Part shown: positions 10,754-20,682 of the stretch, in pieces
How the letters are laid out: the number at the start of each line of letters is the position of its first letter
How positions within the stretch are numbered: the stretch's first letter is position 1
From: a bacterium
GTDB taxonomy: Bacteria > RBG-13-61-14 > DATKZS01
DNA length: 64,000 nucleotides
Direction of reading: 5' to 3'
Assembly: GCA_963674965.2 (NCBI GenBank)
Contig: CAXXFL010000001.1
Location: forward strand, 160,001-224,000
The notes under the pieces: generated by a model
The model's input: the letters and a program-made list of their open reading frames with translations, nothing else
The model's database searches: none
Told to the model about the DNA's origin: nothing
Translations under genes and position numbers: made by a program

Positions 10754-13000
10754 ATGGCCCGGAAAAGAGTCGAAATACCCGTGATCGGCATGACCTGCGC
10801 CAACTGCTCGAGAGCGGTCGAGCGCGTTCTGACCAAAAAGGTGGAAGGCGTGTCCTCGGCGGAGGTCAACCTGGCCTCGGACCTGGCCCAGGTGGTGTAC
10901 GACCCGGATATTACGGGACTGGACGCCATGGCCGAGGCGGTGAAAAAAGCCGGATACCTCCTGGTCCTGCCCGAGGAGGGAAAGGAGAACGAGGACGTCG
11001 AGGCCGAGGCCAGACGCAAGGAGCAAAAAGCCCAGTCGCGCGCTCTTCAAGTCGGCATCGTTTTCACCTTGCCCCTTTTCGCCTTAAGCATGCTCCGCGA
11101 CTTCGGCTTTCTCGGACCTGGTTTCTCGGAGGCCTGGTTCAACTGGATCCTGTTCGGCCTGGCCGTTCCCGTCCAGTTCTATACGGGATGGGGCTACTAC
11201 GTGGGCGGCGTAAAGAGCCTGGCCAACCGGAGCGCCAACATGGACGTTCTCGTGGCCATGGGTTCGTCGGTGGCCTTTTTCTACTCGGTCTCCGTCCTTG
11301 TCTTGCCGGCCCTTGGCGGCCACGTTTATTTCGAGACGTCGGCCATGATCGTGACCCTGATCAAGGTGGGCAAGTATCTCGAGTCCCGGGCCAAAGGCCG
11401 GGCGGGAAGGGCCATCCGCGCATTGATGGACCTGGCGCCGAAAAAGGCCCATCTGGTGGTTGAGGGGAACTCGATCCAGGACGTTCCTTTAAAGGCGTTG
11501 AGTAAGGGCGACCTGGTCCTGGTCAAGCCGGGCGAGAGGATACCCGTGGACGGCGAAGTTATCGAGGGTTCCTCCTCGGTGGACGAGAGCGCCTTTACGG
11601 GCGAGTTCATGCCGGTGGACAAGTCGGCGGGGGATAGGGTCCTGGGCGGCACGTTCAACCTGCAGGGAGCGCTCGAGGTCCGGGCCCAGGCCGTGGGCTC
11701 GGAGGCGGCGCTGGCCGAGGTGATCCGGCTGGCGAGAAAGGCCCAGGGAAGCAAGGCGCCCATCCAGAGGCTGGCCGACAAGGTCTCGGCTTATTTCGTT
11801 CCGGCCATCATCATGATCTCGATCGTCACCTTTATTCTCTGGTGGACCCTGGGCGGCGAGTTCGTGCCCGCCATGGTGAGGATGGTGGCGGTCCTGGTCA
11901 TCGCCTGTCCCTGCGCGCTGGGACTGGCCACCCCCGCGGCGGTGCTGGTGGGCTCGGGCAAGGGCGCGTCCATGGGCATACTCTTCAGGAACGCCGAGGC
12001 CCTGGAAAAGGCCCACGCCGTGAACACGGTGATCTTCGACAAGACCGGCACCGTCACCATGGGCAAACCGACGTTGGCCGACTGGCTGTACCTTGGCGAG
12101 GACGGCCGGGACCAGGAAGTACTTGGTCTGGCCGTTGCCGCGGCGTCCCTTTCCGAGCACCCCATTTCCCGGGCCATCGTGTCCGGCGCGAAGGACCGAA
12201 AGGTCTTTCCCGCTCACGCCGTTAATTTCAAGGCTTCCTCCGGCTTCGGTATCGAGGCCGAGGTCTCGGGGAAGCCGGTCAAAGTGGGACGGCTCGAGTG
12301 GGTCGCCGGACCGGCCGGGATACCGGACAAAGTAAGGAAAGCCCATGCCAAGCTGAGTGAGGCCGGCGCGACGGTGAGCGCGGTTTCGGTTTCGGGTTCG
12401 ATAGTCGGCCTGCTTGGGGTGTCCGACCCGGTTAAGCCCGGGGCCGGCGAGGCCATTAAGCGGCTGATCGAGATGGGGGTCGAGCCGGTCATGCTTACCG
12501 GCGACGGGGAGGTGGCCGCCCGCTCGGCCGCTTCCCAGGTGGGCATTGAAAAGGTCATCGCCCAGGTCCTTCCCGCGGACAAGGAGGCCGAGGTGAGGAA
12601 AGCCGGCGAGGAGGGCAAGGTCGTGGCCATGGTGGGCGACGGCGTTAACGACGCGCCCGCCCTGGCGGCGGCTGGGGTCAGCTTCGCCATGAGCACGGGC
12701 ACGGACGCGGCCATGGAAGCGGCGGACGTTACCCTTCTGGGCGGAGACCTGGCGGGCGTGGCCCGGGCCATCGAGCTATCGCGTGCCACCATGCGGACCA
12801 TCCGCCAGAACCTGTTCTGGGCCTTTTTCTACAACCTGCTTTTGGTGCCGGCGGCCGCGGGCGCCTTCCACGGCGTGGCCTTTTTGCCCGGGTTCATCCG
12901 TGACCTCCATCCGGCCATGGCCGCGGCCGCCATGGCCGCCTCGAGCATAACCGTCGTGTTGAACGGGCTTCGGCTGGATAAAAGTAAGATCGGGAAATGA
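10754..13000 (+). CDS. copA: Cu(I)-translocating P1B-type ATPase
   Basis: [32 protein letters not shown] and MAASS motifs. Confidence 0.95.
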   Translation: MARKRVEIPVIGMTCANCSRAVERVLTKKVEGVSSAEVNLASDLAQVVYDPDITGLDAMAEAVKKAGYLLVLPEEGKENEDVEAEARRKEQKAQSRALQVGIVFTLPLFALSMLRDFGFLGPGFSEAWFNWILFGLAVPVQFYTGWGYYVGGVKSLANRSANMDVLVAMGSSVAFFYSVSVLVLPALGGHVYFETSAMIVTLIKVGKYLESRAKGRAGRAIRALMDLAPKKAHLVVEGNSIQDVPLKALSKGDLVLVKPGERIPVDGEVIEGSSSVDESAFTGEFMPVDKSAGDRVLGGTFNLQGALEVRAQAVGSEAALAEVIRLARKAQGSKAPIQRLADKVSAYFVPAIIMISIVTFILWWTLGGEFVPAMVRMVAVLVIACPCALGLATPAAVLVGSGKGASMGILFRNAEALEKAHAVNTVIFDKTGTVTMGKPTLADWLYLGEDGRDQEVLGLAVAAASLSEHPISRAIVSGAKDRKVFPAHAVNFKASSGFGIEAEVSGKPVKVGRLEWVAGPAGIPDKVRKAHAKLSEAGATVSAVSVSGSIVGLLGVSDPVKPGAGEAIKRLIEMGVEPVMLTGDGEVAARSAASQVGIEKVIAQVLPADKEAEVRKAGEEGKVVAMVGDGVNDAPALAAAGVSFAMSTGTDAAMEAADVTLLGGDLAGVARAIELSRATMRTIRQNLFWAFFYNLLLVPAAAGAFHGVAFLPGFIRDLHPAMAAAAMAASSITVVLNGLRLDKSKIGK

Positions 13001-13067
13001 GGGACGCTCCGGGACGGGCGGCAAAGGCCCCCGGGTTTGAGCGCGAAACCGGAACGGCGGGCGTTTT

Positions 13068-13433
13068 TCAGGCGAACATGAGCTTGACTTTTTCTCTTAT
13101 TTCCTTGGGCGAGAAGGGTTTTTCCATAAAGGCGTCGCCTCCGGCCATTTGGGCGGAGTACCTGGAGACGGCCCCGGTCCTGGCTGACAGGAAGAGGATG
13201 GGCGTGTGTTTGTTTTGCTCGGTCTTTCTGAGGAATTCGCATACCTCGTATCCGGTCATGCCCGGCATCATGATATCCAGGATCACGAGGTCGGGTTTAA
13301 TTTCCCTGGCCTTGGCCAGGGCCTCGTACCCGTCCTTGGCCTCATGCAGATCGAACCCTTCCTTCTTGAGCGATCTAACGACAAGGACCCGGTTTTCTTC
13401 ATTATCGTCCACTATTAGGATTTTCCTGCTCAT
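13068..13433 (-). CDS. Single-domain response regulator
   Basis: ILIVDD, ILDIMMPG, FLSA, KPF receiver motifs; start MSRKILIVDD. Confidence 0.92.
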   Translation of the reverse strand: MSRKILIVDDNEENRVLVVRSLKKEGFDLHEAKDGYEALAKAREIKPDLVILDIMMPGMTGYEVCEFLRKTEQNKHTPILFLSARTGAVSRYSAQMAGGDAFMEKPFSPKEIREKVKLMFA

Positions 13434-13762
13434 TAACCCACCGTTTAATTTCCCGATCACGGCCTGGCGAGGAGAAGACAGTTAAGAAGGAAGCTTACGC
13501 CAAGGTTTGTAAAAAGAATACATCAGAAGCAATAACTCAATAGACGAACGTGCAATAAATTGGTTCCCCACTAACTTAATTACCCGATAATTGTTAGCCG
13601 ATCATGAGCGTTTTGTCAAGAAAAAACAATTTTCATGCCAACGCCAAATTTGGCGGAAACGACCGACAACCATTTTCCTTGCTCCAATCAAATCTTGTTA
13701 TTGCTTTTATACTGGACCATAAGGCTATATTAAAGTAGAATTGAATATGGAGATATTGGAAT

Positions 13763-14725
13763 ATGCCGGTAAACATGGATAAGCCTCATCTGTGGAAAGC
13801 CGACGTCGCGGAATCCGTGGATTTTTACAACGAATGGTTCATGCGATTTGCTCCCAGGGCTTTTCGAGAAACGAGGCGAGAAACAACGGCTCAAGTTGAG
13901 GAAGCTTTGAAGCTCACAAATAGCCTCAAGGATATATCCCCAGATATCCTATCCAAGGACCCAGGGATACTTTCGATTCTACGAATGTCAACGGCCCCGC
14001 CCATCGCTCGGGACCGATTAATTGGTCTTGCGTCCGTATCTCCGAATCTTGTGAGAAACATGGAACTCAAACGGCGAGTCTCTCCCAATATGGATCGCGC
14101 GGTCATGTTTGAAGAATTGAGAAAAATGGGAAATCTTATCAGAGAGCTTGCCGATCTGGATATTTTTCCGTGGCTTGAGGACGACCATAATCCGCGAAAA
14201 GAGGAAGTTCATCGAGCGGCAACCGTCGTGGCTGACCGCCTTTGCGGGGCTTTGGCGGACCCTATTGTCAGGAACGCTCAGGAGAGACGCCAACTTTCAT
14301 CAATACAATCCTGGCTTGAGAAGCGAGGCTACAATTATATAAAACCGACGACCATATCCGATTTCCAAAAGATGGAGGCTGGTACTTTCACGTTCCATTT
14401 GAATATTTCGGTCGCTCTTGACGGCGGCCTGAAGAAAATCAATATTCCCGTTGACCTGGCCGTAATGCCTAAAACCAAACCGGATGCCCCATTGCCCGTC
14501 ATGATAGAATGTAAATCCGCCGGAGATTTTACAAACACCAATAAAAGACGCAAGGAAGAAGCGATTAAAATCACACAATTAAGGGCTAACTACGGCGCCG
14601 GCGTAAGTTTTATTCTGTTTCTTTGCGGCTATTTCGATAGCGGCTATCTCGGCTACGAGGCGGCGGAAGGGATAGATTGGGTTTGGGAGCACCGGATCGG
14701 CGACCTAGCGGGATTTGGGCTTTAA
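13763..14725 (+). CDS. Type II restriction endonuclease, XamI family
   Basis: PVD-x-IECKSAGDFTNTNKRRKEEA PD-(D/E)xK core; N-terminus (KPHLWKADVAESVDFYNEWF) recognised as XamI-like; adjacent MTase; lower GC than flanks. Confidence 0.85.
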   Translation: MPVNMDKPHLWKADVAESVDFYNEWFMRFAPRAFRETRRETTAQVEEALKLTNSLKDISPDILSKDPGILSILRMSTAPPIARDRLIGLASVSPNLVRNMELKRRVSPNMDRAVMFEELRKMGNLIRELADLDIFPWLEDDHNPRKEEVHRAATVVADRLCGALADPIVRNAQERRQLSSIQSWLEKRGYNYIKPTTISDFQKMEAGTFTFHLNISVALDGGLKKINIPVDLAVMPKTKPDAPLPVMIECKSAGDFTNTNKRRKEEAIKITQLRANYGAGVSFILFLCGYFDSGYLGYEAAEGIDWVWEHRIGDLAGFGL

Positions 14726-16308
14726 TGATGCTGGACGTCGAAAAACAAGAACGGCGGCGACTCGAATTGCAATCTCGCCTCGACGATGAAAAGAGCCAAG
14801 GTGAAAGGAACCGTCTCGGGCAGTTCGCGACGCCAACGGCTTTGGCCGCGGATATTTTATCCTACGCGAAAACCCTTCTGCCGGATAAGGAAATTATCCG
14901 ATTCCTGGACCCGGCGATCGGCACGGGATCATTTTACTCGGCCTTCCTCCGCGTTTTCGGAGCGGGCGGGGCCCACTTTGCGGTTGGCTTTGAAATAGAC
15001 GAACATTACGGGAATCCCGCCCGCGAATTGTGGTCGGAAAGCGATCTGACAATAAGGCCGGAGGATTTTACCAAAGCATCCCCTCCGGCCAAGGAAAATG
15101 AAAAAGCCGATCTTATAATCTGCAACCCTCCCTACGTTCGCCATCATCACCTCTCCTCTGAGGATAAAAAAAGGCTCGGCTCGCTGGTATCTTCCCGCCA
15201 TGGAATAACTCTCTCGGGTCTGAGCGGCTTATACTGCTATTTCCTTTGCCTCTCCATCGATTGGATGGCCAAGGGCAGTATTGCGGCCTGGCTGATTCCA
15301 AGCGAATTCATGGACGTCAATTACGGCGCCAAAATCAAGGAGTTCCTGCTCTCCAGAGTCGCCTTGCTTCACGTCCACAGGTTCTCCCCGCAAGACGCGC
15401 AATTCGGCGACGCTCTGGTTTCGTCAGCCATCGTCTGCATTAAAAACGAGCGGCCCAATCGTGATTTTCATCCGGTCTTTTCCTTTGGCGGAAGCCTCCT
15501 TGCTCCAAAAGAGCAAAAATCCTACTCCATCGGAGAATTGCGCGAGGTAAACAAATGGACTCGCCTGCCGGAAAGCGTGGACGTGGAAAAGGAGCGCGCT
15601 TCCCGTTTTACTATCGGGGATTTCTTCGACGTAAAAAGGGGCATTGCCACGGGGGCCAACGATTTCTTTATTCTTTCCCCCTCTGAAATCCGCCGCCGAT
15701 CCATTCCCCCGACTTTCCTCACCCCCATTCTTCCAAGCCCCCGGTATGTGAAATCCGATTTCATTCTCGGTGACGACCGAGGCGTTCCCGACCTGGAAAA
15801 GCTTGGCTTTTTGTTCTCGAGCGGAATTCCGGAAGAAGTGATAAGAGAAAAATTCCCAAAGGTAGGGGCTTACCTGGAGGAAGGGCGCGCGCGGGGAATT
15901 CACGAGCGTTATTTATGCCGCAATCGGCGGCCCTGGTATTTGCAGGAAAACCGGGACGTCGCTCCCTTCCTCTGCACGTATATGGGAAGGTCGAAAGAGG
16001 GGAATGGATCGAAGCCTTTCCGCTTTATATTAAATCGCTCGCGGGCCATCGCGGCGAACGTTTACTTGATGCTCTATCCAAATTCCCGGATAAAAAAACT
16101 CATGCAAGACGATCCGGCGCTTATGGAAAAGATTTGGGCCGTCCTTCAGTCAATCCCCGCGCGGAGTCTCTTAAGCGAAGGCCGCGTATACGGAGGGGGC
16201 CTTTATAAAATGGAACCCAAGGAATTGCTTAACGCGCCCGCCGACGCCCTTGCCGATCTGCTTCCCGAAAACGTCATAAGCCGCGCGAGACAAATGTCTT
16301 TATTTTAA
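14725..16308 (+). CDS. N6-adenine DNA methyltransferase (gamma class, Eco57I/TaqI-like)
   Basis: GQFATP (motif X), LDPAIGTGSF (motif I), NPPY (motif IV), YGGGLYKMEPKEL C-terminus; ATG overlaps REase stop (TAATG). Confidence 0.9.
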   Translation: MMLDVEKQERRRLELQSRLDDEKSQGERNRLGQFATPTALAADILSYAKTLLPDKEIIRFLDPAIGTGSFYSAFLRVFGAGGAHFAVGFEIDEHYGNPARELWSESDLTIRPEDFTKASPPAKENEKADLIICNPPYVRHHHLSSEDKKRLGSLVSSRHGITLSGLSGLYCYFLCLSIDWMAKGSIAAWLIPSEFMDVNYGAKIKEFLLSRVALLHVHRFSPQDAQFGDALVSSAIVCIKNERPNRDFHPVFSFGGSLLAPKEQKSYSIGELREVNKWTRLPESVDVEKERASRFTIGDFFDVKRGIATGANDFFILSPSEIRRRSIPPTFLTPILPSPRYVKSDFILGDDRGVPDLEKLGFLFSSGIPEEVIREKFPKVGAYLEEGRARGIHERYLCRNRRPWYLQENRDVAPFLCTYMGRSKEGNGSKPFRFILNRSRAIAANVYLMLYPNSRIKKLMQDDPALMEKIWAVLQSIPARSLLSEGRVYGGGLYKMEPKELLNAPADALADLLPENVISRARQMSLF

Positions 16309-16326
16309 AGAAAGTTACGTATCCCG

Positions 16327-18051
16327 CTAAGGCTCATTAATAACCGTGTACCTTTTCCCGTCCCAGGCAAAGGCGTAGTCGTATCGCGAGGCGTCAGGGG
16401 AAGGGGTCTTTGGCTGGGAGGAGCCTGGATACATGGAGGAGAGGGCGTCGCCCTCGACGGCGCGGGTTAGAAGGCGACCGTCGATGATGGCCGTTCCCGC
16501 GGAGAGGTTTCCATTGATGAGGGCCATGAATTTCATCTCGTCCGCCCGTCTTGCCGCGGTGAAATAATCCGCCGCCGGGCCGGGGCGGCCGATCAGTATG
16601 GCCAGGTACCCCTGGTAGGCCCCGACGATGGATTTGTTCTGGCCCAGTTCGACGGCCTTTTCCATATAATCGAGGGCGGGGGCGTAATACTCCGGATACC
16701 TGTAGATGAAGGCCAGCACGCAGGCCTGGTTGAAATAGGAAAGCCCCGCGTACTTCTCGCTGAACTCGAGTTTCTTTTTTACCTCATCGAGGCTCGGCGC
16801 GGGGTCCGGCGTTTGGGCCAGGCCGGCGTCGGCCAGCCCTTGCGCCACCATGCCCGCGATCAGGTAATTGCAATTCAGAGTCGGATGGCATCCGTCCATG
16901 AAAAGGTCGAAGCCGGGAAGCGAGGCGCCCGAGCTTTCCCTTAACTCTCGATCGACGTCGATGAGGGGTATGCGCTCCTCGCGAGCCATGGCCCTTAGTC
17001 CCTCGTTGTAAGAGGGGGGCGTTTGCTGGAAGAAGTCGGCCCTCTCGACCGCGGTCTCGAGGTTTTCCACCGCTCCGTTCCGGTCTCCCGCCATTAAATC
17101 GGCTTTGCCCAGGAAGAACCATGCCTTGGCCCAATCGGGATCGGCCCGGGTGATTTCCTTGCCCATGGCGGCGGCGGCGATCGGGTCTTGGTTTTGGAGC
17201 AGATTCCTGACTTTCTCCAGATCGGCCTCCAACTTATCCAGTTCAATATCGGAGAGGCCCTTCGAGTGGGCCGACTTCATGGGGGCCCACCCGGCCAGGT
17301 TCGAGCCGGGCGTGGCCAGGAACACGGCCGCGCCCCCCGACCTGGCGACCTCGATCATTTGGCTCACGCGCAAAAGGTAGAGCCTTCGGGCCAGGTCCCT
17401 TTTAGCCGGGGGGTTGAGCCACTTGCCGCTTTCGCTTTCCATGCGGGCAACGTCCCGCATGAGGCTTACGGCCAGTCCTTTTTCCATGAGGCGGGCCATG
17501 AACTGTATGGGCAGGTTGTATATCCTCGATCTCCGGCGAAGCCACCAGACCGCCCGGCTCAGGACCGGGTGGGTCAAATCGTTGATTCTTTCGTAAGCCA
17601 GTATCTCGTTGTTGCCCGCGTAGATGACCACCGCGTCGGGCTCGAGAAGAGGGACCGCGTCCTCGAGGGTTTCCCGCTGGAAGGCGGTATTGACTCCGTT
17701 GACGGCCAGGTTGACTATCTCGAGGCGCCCCCCCTCGGTCGGCTCGAGCATGGCCCGCGCCATCTCGGGAAATCCCGCTCCCTCGAAGGGATAGCCGTTG
17801 GCCGCGCTCTCGCCCATCACCAGCACGCGCTTTAAATCCTTGGGCTTGGGTACTTGAATGGGTTTTATCCTGGCGTTGAAGACATAGGAGCATTCGAGGG
17901 CGCCGCCGCTTTCCTTGCAGTCGAAGGGCGCAAAGACTTTGCCCTTGCCCGAGAGGGCCAGTCCGGCCTCGGCGAGAATAATAAAGATAAGAGCGGCGGC
18001 GAGGGCGTAGGCCAATCGCCTGGCCGCTGAAAGCCTGGTTTTGGAATCCAT
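16327..18051 (-). CDS. Membrane-anchored SGNH/GDSL-like hydrolase with TPR-like helices
   Basis: TM anchor, VMGESAANG (block I), YAGNNE, DGCHP (block V); probable start MDSKTRLS at 18051 rather than track start 18549. Confidence 0.75.
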   Translation of the reverse strand: MDSKTRLSAARRLAYALAAALIFIILAEAGLALSGKGKVFAPFDCKESGGALECSYVFNARIKPIQVPKPKDLKRVLVMGESAANGYPFEGAGFPEMARAMLEPTEGGRLEIVNLAVNGVNTAFQRETLEDAVPLLEPDAVVIYAGNNEILAYERINDLTHPVLSRAVWWLRRRSRIYNLPIQFMARLMEKGLAVSLMRDVARMESESGKWLNPPAKRDLARRLYLLRVSQMIEVARSGGAAVFLATPGSNLAGWAPMKSAHSKGLSDIELDKLEADLEKVRNLLQNQDPIAAAAMGKEITRADPDWAKAWFFLGKADLMAGDRNGAVENLETAVERADFFQQTPPSYNEGLRAMAREERIPLIDVDRELRESSGASLPGFDLFMDGCHPTLNCNYLIAGMVAQGLADAGLAQTPDPAPSLDEVKKKLEFSEKYAGLSYFNQACVLAFIYRYPEYYAPALDYMEKAVELGQNKSIVGAYQGYLAILIGRPGPAADYFTAARRADEMKFMALINGNLSAGTAIIDGRLLTRAVEGDALSSMYPGSSQPKTPSPDASRYDYAFAWDGKRYTVINEP

Positions 18052-18130
18052 AGCCGTCTGAAAAATAACATTATATGGGGTCCCTGACAAAACGGGGGGC
18101 CCGCTTCGCGGCCAAACTCGCCCGGGTTTT

Positions 18131-18159
18131 TTGTTCGCTCGGGCCAAGGCCCTTATAAT
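18131..18159 (+). promoter_or_regulatory. Sigma70-like promoter, probably leaderless
   Basis: TTGTTC-17nt-TATAAT with ATG 18166 six nt downstream and no SD. Confidence 0.55.
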
Positions 18160-18165
18160 TGGCCT

Positions 18166-19701
18166 ATGGTTAAAAGATTTATCCGGCGGCCTTTCGAGGC
18201 CCTTTTGGTTTTCATCGCGGGCCTGTCGGCCCTGCGGCTGGCTCTCATCGTAACCTTCCCCATGAGCCCGGACGAGGCTTATTACTGGACATGGTCCCGC
18301 CGCTTGGCCTTTTGCTATTACGACCAGCCGGGCATGATCGCCTGGGTCGATCGGCTCTTCGGCCTGCCTTTTCAGACCGCCACCGTCTTCAGCGTAAGGC
18401 TGGCCGCGGTCGCGGCCTCGGCCTTGACCTCGTGGCTCCTTTACCGGACTTACCTCGAGTACAGGGGAAGCAAGGGCGAGGCCGCTCTCTTCGCGATCGT
18501 CTTTTCCATCCTTCCCTTTTCCTGGCTGGCGGGAATCATGATCGTCCACGACACGGTCCTTTTGCCCTGGCTGGCGGCCTCCTTCTGGGCCATTGTCCGG
18601 CTGGTCAAAAGGAACGGGAAAGCCTTTGACTGGTTCGCCCTGGCCCTGGCCCTGACGGGCGCCATGTACGCCAAGTTCTCGGCCGTGATGGTCGCGTGGG
18701 GTATCGTCCTGTACATGGTGGTCTCTCCCAAGGGCCGAGGATGGTGGAAAACCTGGCCGCCTTACGCCGCCGGATTAACCGCGGCCGTCCTTTACCTGCC
18801 GGTAATTTTATGGAACGCCGAGCACGACTGGATCAGCGTGCGAGCGGTAAGGGACCTGACGAACATGCGCGAACTGACTTTGGGAGACCGTTTCAGCTAC
18901 GTCCTCGAGTACGCGCTCTCCCAGGTCGGGATATTCAATCCCCTTATCGGCGTCATCGTGTTCGGGGCGCTTTTCAAGGGCATACGAGAAGCTTTCCGCG
19001 ACCCGAAGAACGACGAGGTCCTTTTGCCGGTTTGCCTGGCCGCCGCGGTATTCGCGTATTTCTTCAAGCAGTCTTTCTCGAGCCACGTTTACGGCAACTG
19101 GCCGGGCGTGGCCTATATTCCCGCGGCCATGCTGGGAATGAGGGCCGTCTCGCTCCGGGTCCGCGAAAAAGGCGGCGGGCTTTTCGGGGCCAGGTTCGCC
19201 TTGGCGGCCCTGGGGTTCAACGTCTTCATAATAATTATTTTCAGTTTGCACTTTCACGCGCGCCTTTTCTCTCCCGTCCTTCGCTCCATCGAGGAAAGCC
19301 GGGACCTGGACAAACGGATTGACTGGAGACTGGACCAGGACTTCGAGGGCTGGGATGAATTGGCCTCCCTGGTGGAGGGGGCCATGGACGGGGCCGACTT
19401 CATCCTGACCAGGCGGTATCAGATGGCAAGCATGCTGGAGTTCCAGGTAAAGGGACAGCCTTTCGTCGAGTGCTATACCGAGGGTATCAGGGGAAACCAG
19501 TGGGACGTCTGGTCCACGCTCGGGGAGCGGGCCGGACAGGACGCGCTTTACGTTGACGACCGGATGGCGGCGCGCCAGATACGCGAGCTTTGCGAGGAAT
19601 TCACTCCCATCCACGAGCCGTACGTGATCGGAGAAAAAACCATGCCGGCCAAGCGATTTTACATTTACAGGTGCTCGGGTTTCAAGGGAGTCGAAAAATA
19701 A
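18166..19701 (+). CDS. GT-C (ArnT/PMT_2-like) glycosyltransferase
   Basis: PDEAYYWTWS...YYDQPGMIAW N-terminal motif and many TM helices. Confidence 0.85.
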   Translation: MVKRFIRRPFEALLVFIAGLSALRLALIVTFPMSPDEAYYWTWSRRLAFCYYDQPGMIAWVDRLFGLPFQTATVFSVRLAAVAASALTSWLLYRTYLEYRGSKGEAALFAIVFSILPFSWLAGIMIVHDTVLLPWLAASFWAIVRLVKRNGKAFDWFALALALTGAMYAKFSAVMVAWGIVLYMVVSPKGRGWWKTWPPYAAGLTAAVLYLPVILWNAEHDWISVRAVRDLTNMRELTLGDRFSYVLEYALSQVGIFNPLIGVIVFGALFKGIREAFRDPKNDEVLLPVCLAAAVFAYFFKQSFSSHVYGNWPGVAYIPAAMLGMRAVSLRVREKGGGLFGARFALAALGFNVFIIIIFSLHFHARLFSPVLRSIEESRDLDKRIDWRLDQDFEGWDELASLVEGAMDGADFILTRRYQMASMLEFQVKGQPFVECYTEGIRGNQWDVWSTLGERAGQDALYVDDRMAARQIRELCEEFTPIHEPYVIGEKTMPAKRFYIYRCSGFKGVEK

Positions 19702-19724
19702 AAGGCTATTTTTTTCTTTTCGAT

Positions 19725-19754
19725 TTGACAGCAAAATAAAGTATTGATAATAAT
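19725..19754 (+). promoter_or_regulatory. Probable sigma70 promoter of the PilZ-Hsp70 unit
   Basis: Exact TTGACA at 19725 followed 17-18 nt later by TAATAA/AATAAT in an AT-rich spacer. Confidence 0.5.
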
Positions 19755-19889
19755 AAAGATTGCATTATAGCGCCCGCCCTGGTACATGGCGGGAGATTCT
19801 GGGCGTATCCGCTCGTCGAATATCATCGCGGGCGAAAAGATATAGGCGTTTTCTTCAGCGCCGGGCTTCCGGCGAGGAGTGGTGGTTTT

Positions 19890-20588
19890 ATGGGACGACG
19901 CGAGTTATTGCGAATAGACGCCAAGGTGGAAGTCGAGTTTAACAACTTCGAGCAGTTCTACCGGGAGTATACCAAAAATCTCTCCAAGGGCGGCATATTC
20001 ATCAAGACCTCGAACGTCCTCAAGCCCCAGTCCATATTGGAGATATCCTTGAAGCTTCCGGGCGTCAACCGTCCTCTCAGCCTGGTGGGTGAGGTGGTGC
20101 ACGTCATCGAGCCCGAGTTGGCCTCGGGACACGGATGGGACCCGGGCATGGGCGTTCATTTCGTCGATTTCGAGGAGTCGATCCAGCGGGTGATCGAGCA
20201 GTATATCGCTCGGAAGATCAAACAGGACTCGGGAGGCAAGGTCAGCGACAGGCGGGCCCACTCGAGGGTGGCCATGCGTCTTCGGGTAAAGTTTCCCAGC
20301 CTCGACGTTCTGGAGCACGACTACTCCGAGGACATCAGCAGGGGCGGTATATTCATCCAGACGAAGAAGCCCCGGAGCGTGGGCGAGCGCTTGATCCTTA
20401 CCCTGGTCCATCCCGAGACGGGCCAGGAGATCGAGCTTTTGGGCGAGGTGGTCAGGGTCAACAATGAGGACCCCCAATCGCCGGGAACGCAGACGGGAAT
20501 GGGAATCAGGTTCGTGGACGTGGACAAGGCCAAGTCCAAGTCCATCGAGAAGTTCCTGGGACTGGACTTTCCCGTCGAGAGCATTTAA
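19890..20588 (+). CDS. Tandem PilZ-domain protein (TIGR02266-like)
   Basis: Two repeats with RxxxR (RELLR, RAHSR) and (N/D)xSxGGxFI motifs, each ending GMGxxF. Confidence 0.85.
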   Translation: MGRRELLRIDAKVEVEFNNFEQFYREYTKNLSKGGIFIKTSNVLKPQSILEISLKLPGVNRPLSLVGEVVHVIEPELASGHGWDPGMGVHFVDFEESIQRVIEQYIARKIKQDSGGKVSDRRAHSRVAMRLRVKFPSLDVLEHDYSEDISRGGIFIQTKKPRSVGERLILTLVHPETGQEIELLGEVVRVNNEDPQSPGTQTGMGIRFVDVDKAKSKSIEKFLGLDFPVESI

Positions 20589-20682
20589 CTCGCCTTGGCC
20601 TTGGGGGCGCGAAAAAACGGCGAGACTTGGCGTAAGGTTTCGCGTGGCATAAATTCAAATAACCGATCGGCCGGAAAATTTT

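Noticed and set aside
16327..18549. 740-aa version of the SGNH protein
   Set aside because: The first 166 codons overlap the opposite-strand GT-C gene and its promoter; the real start is probably 18051.
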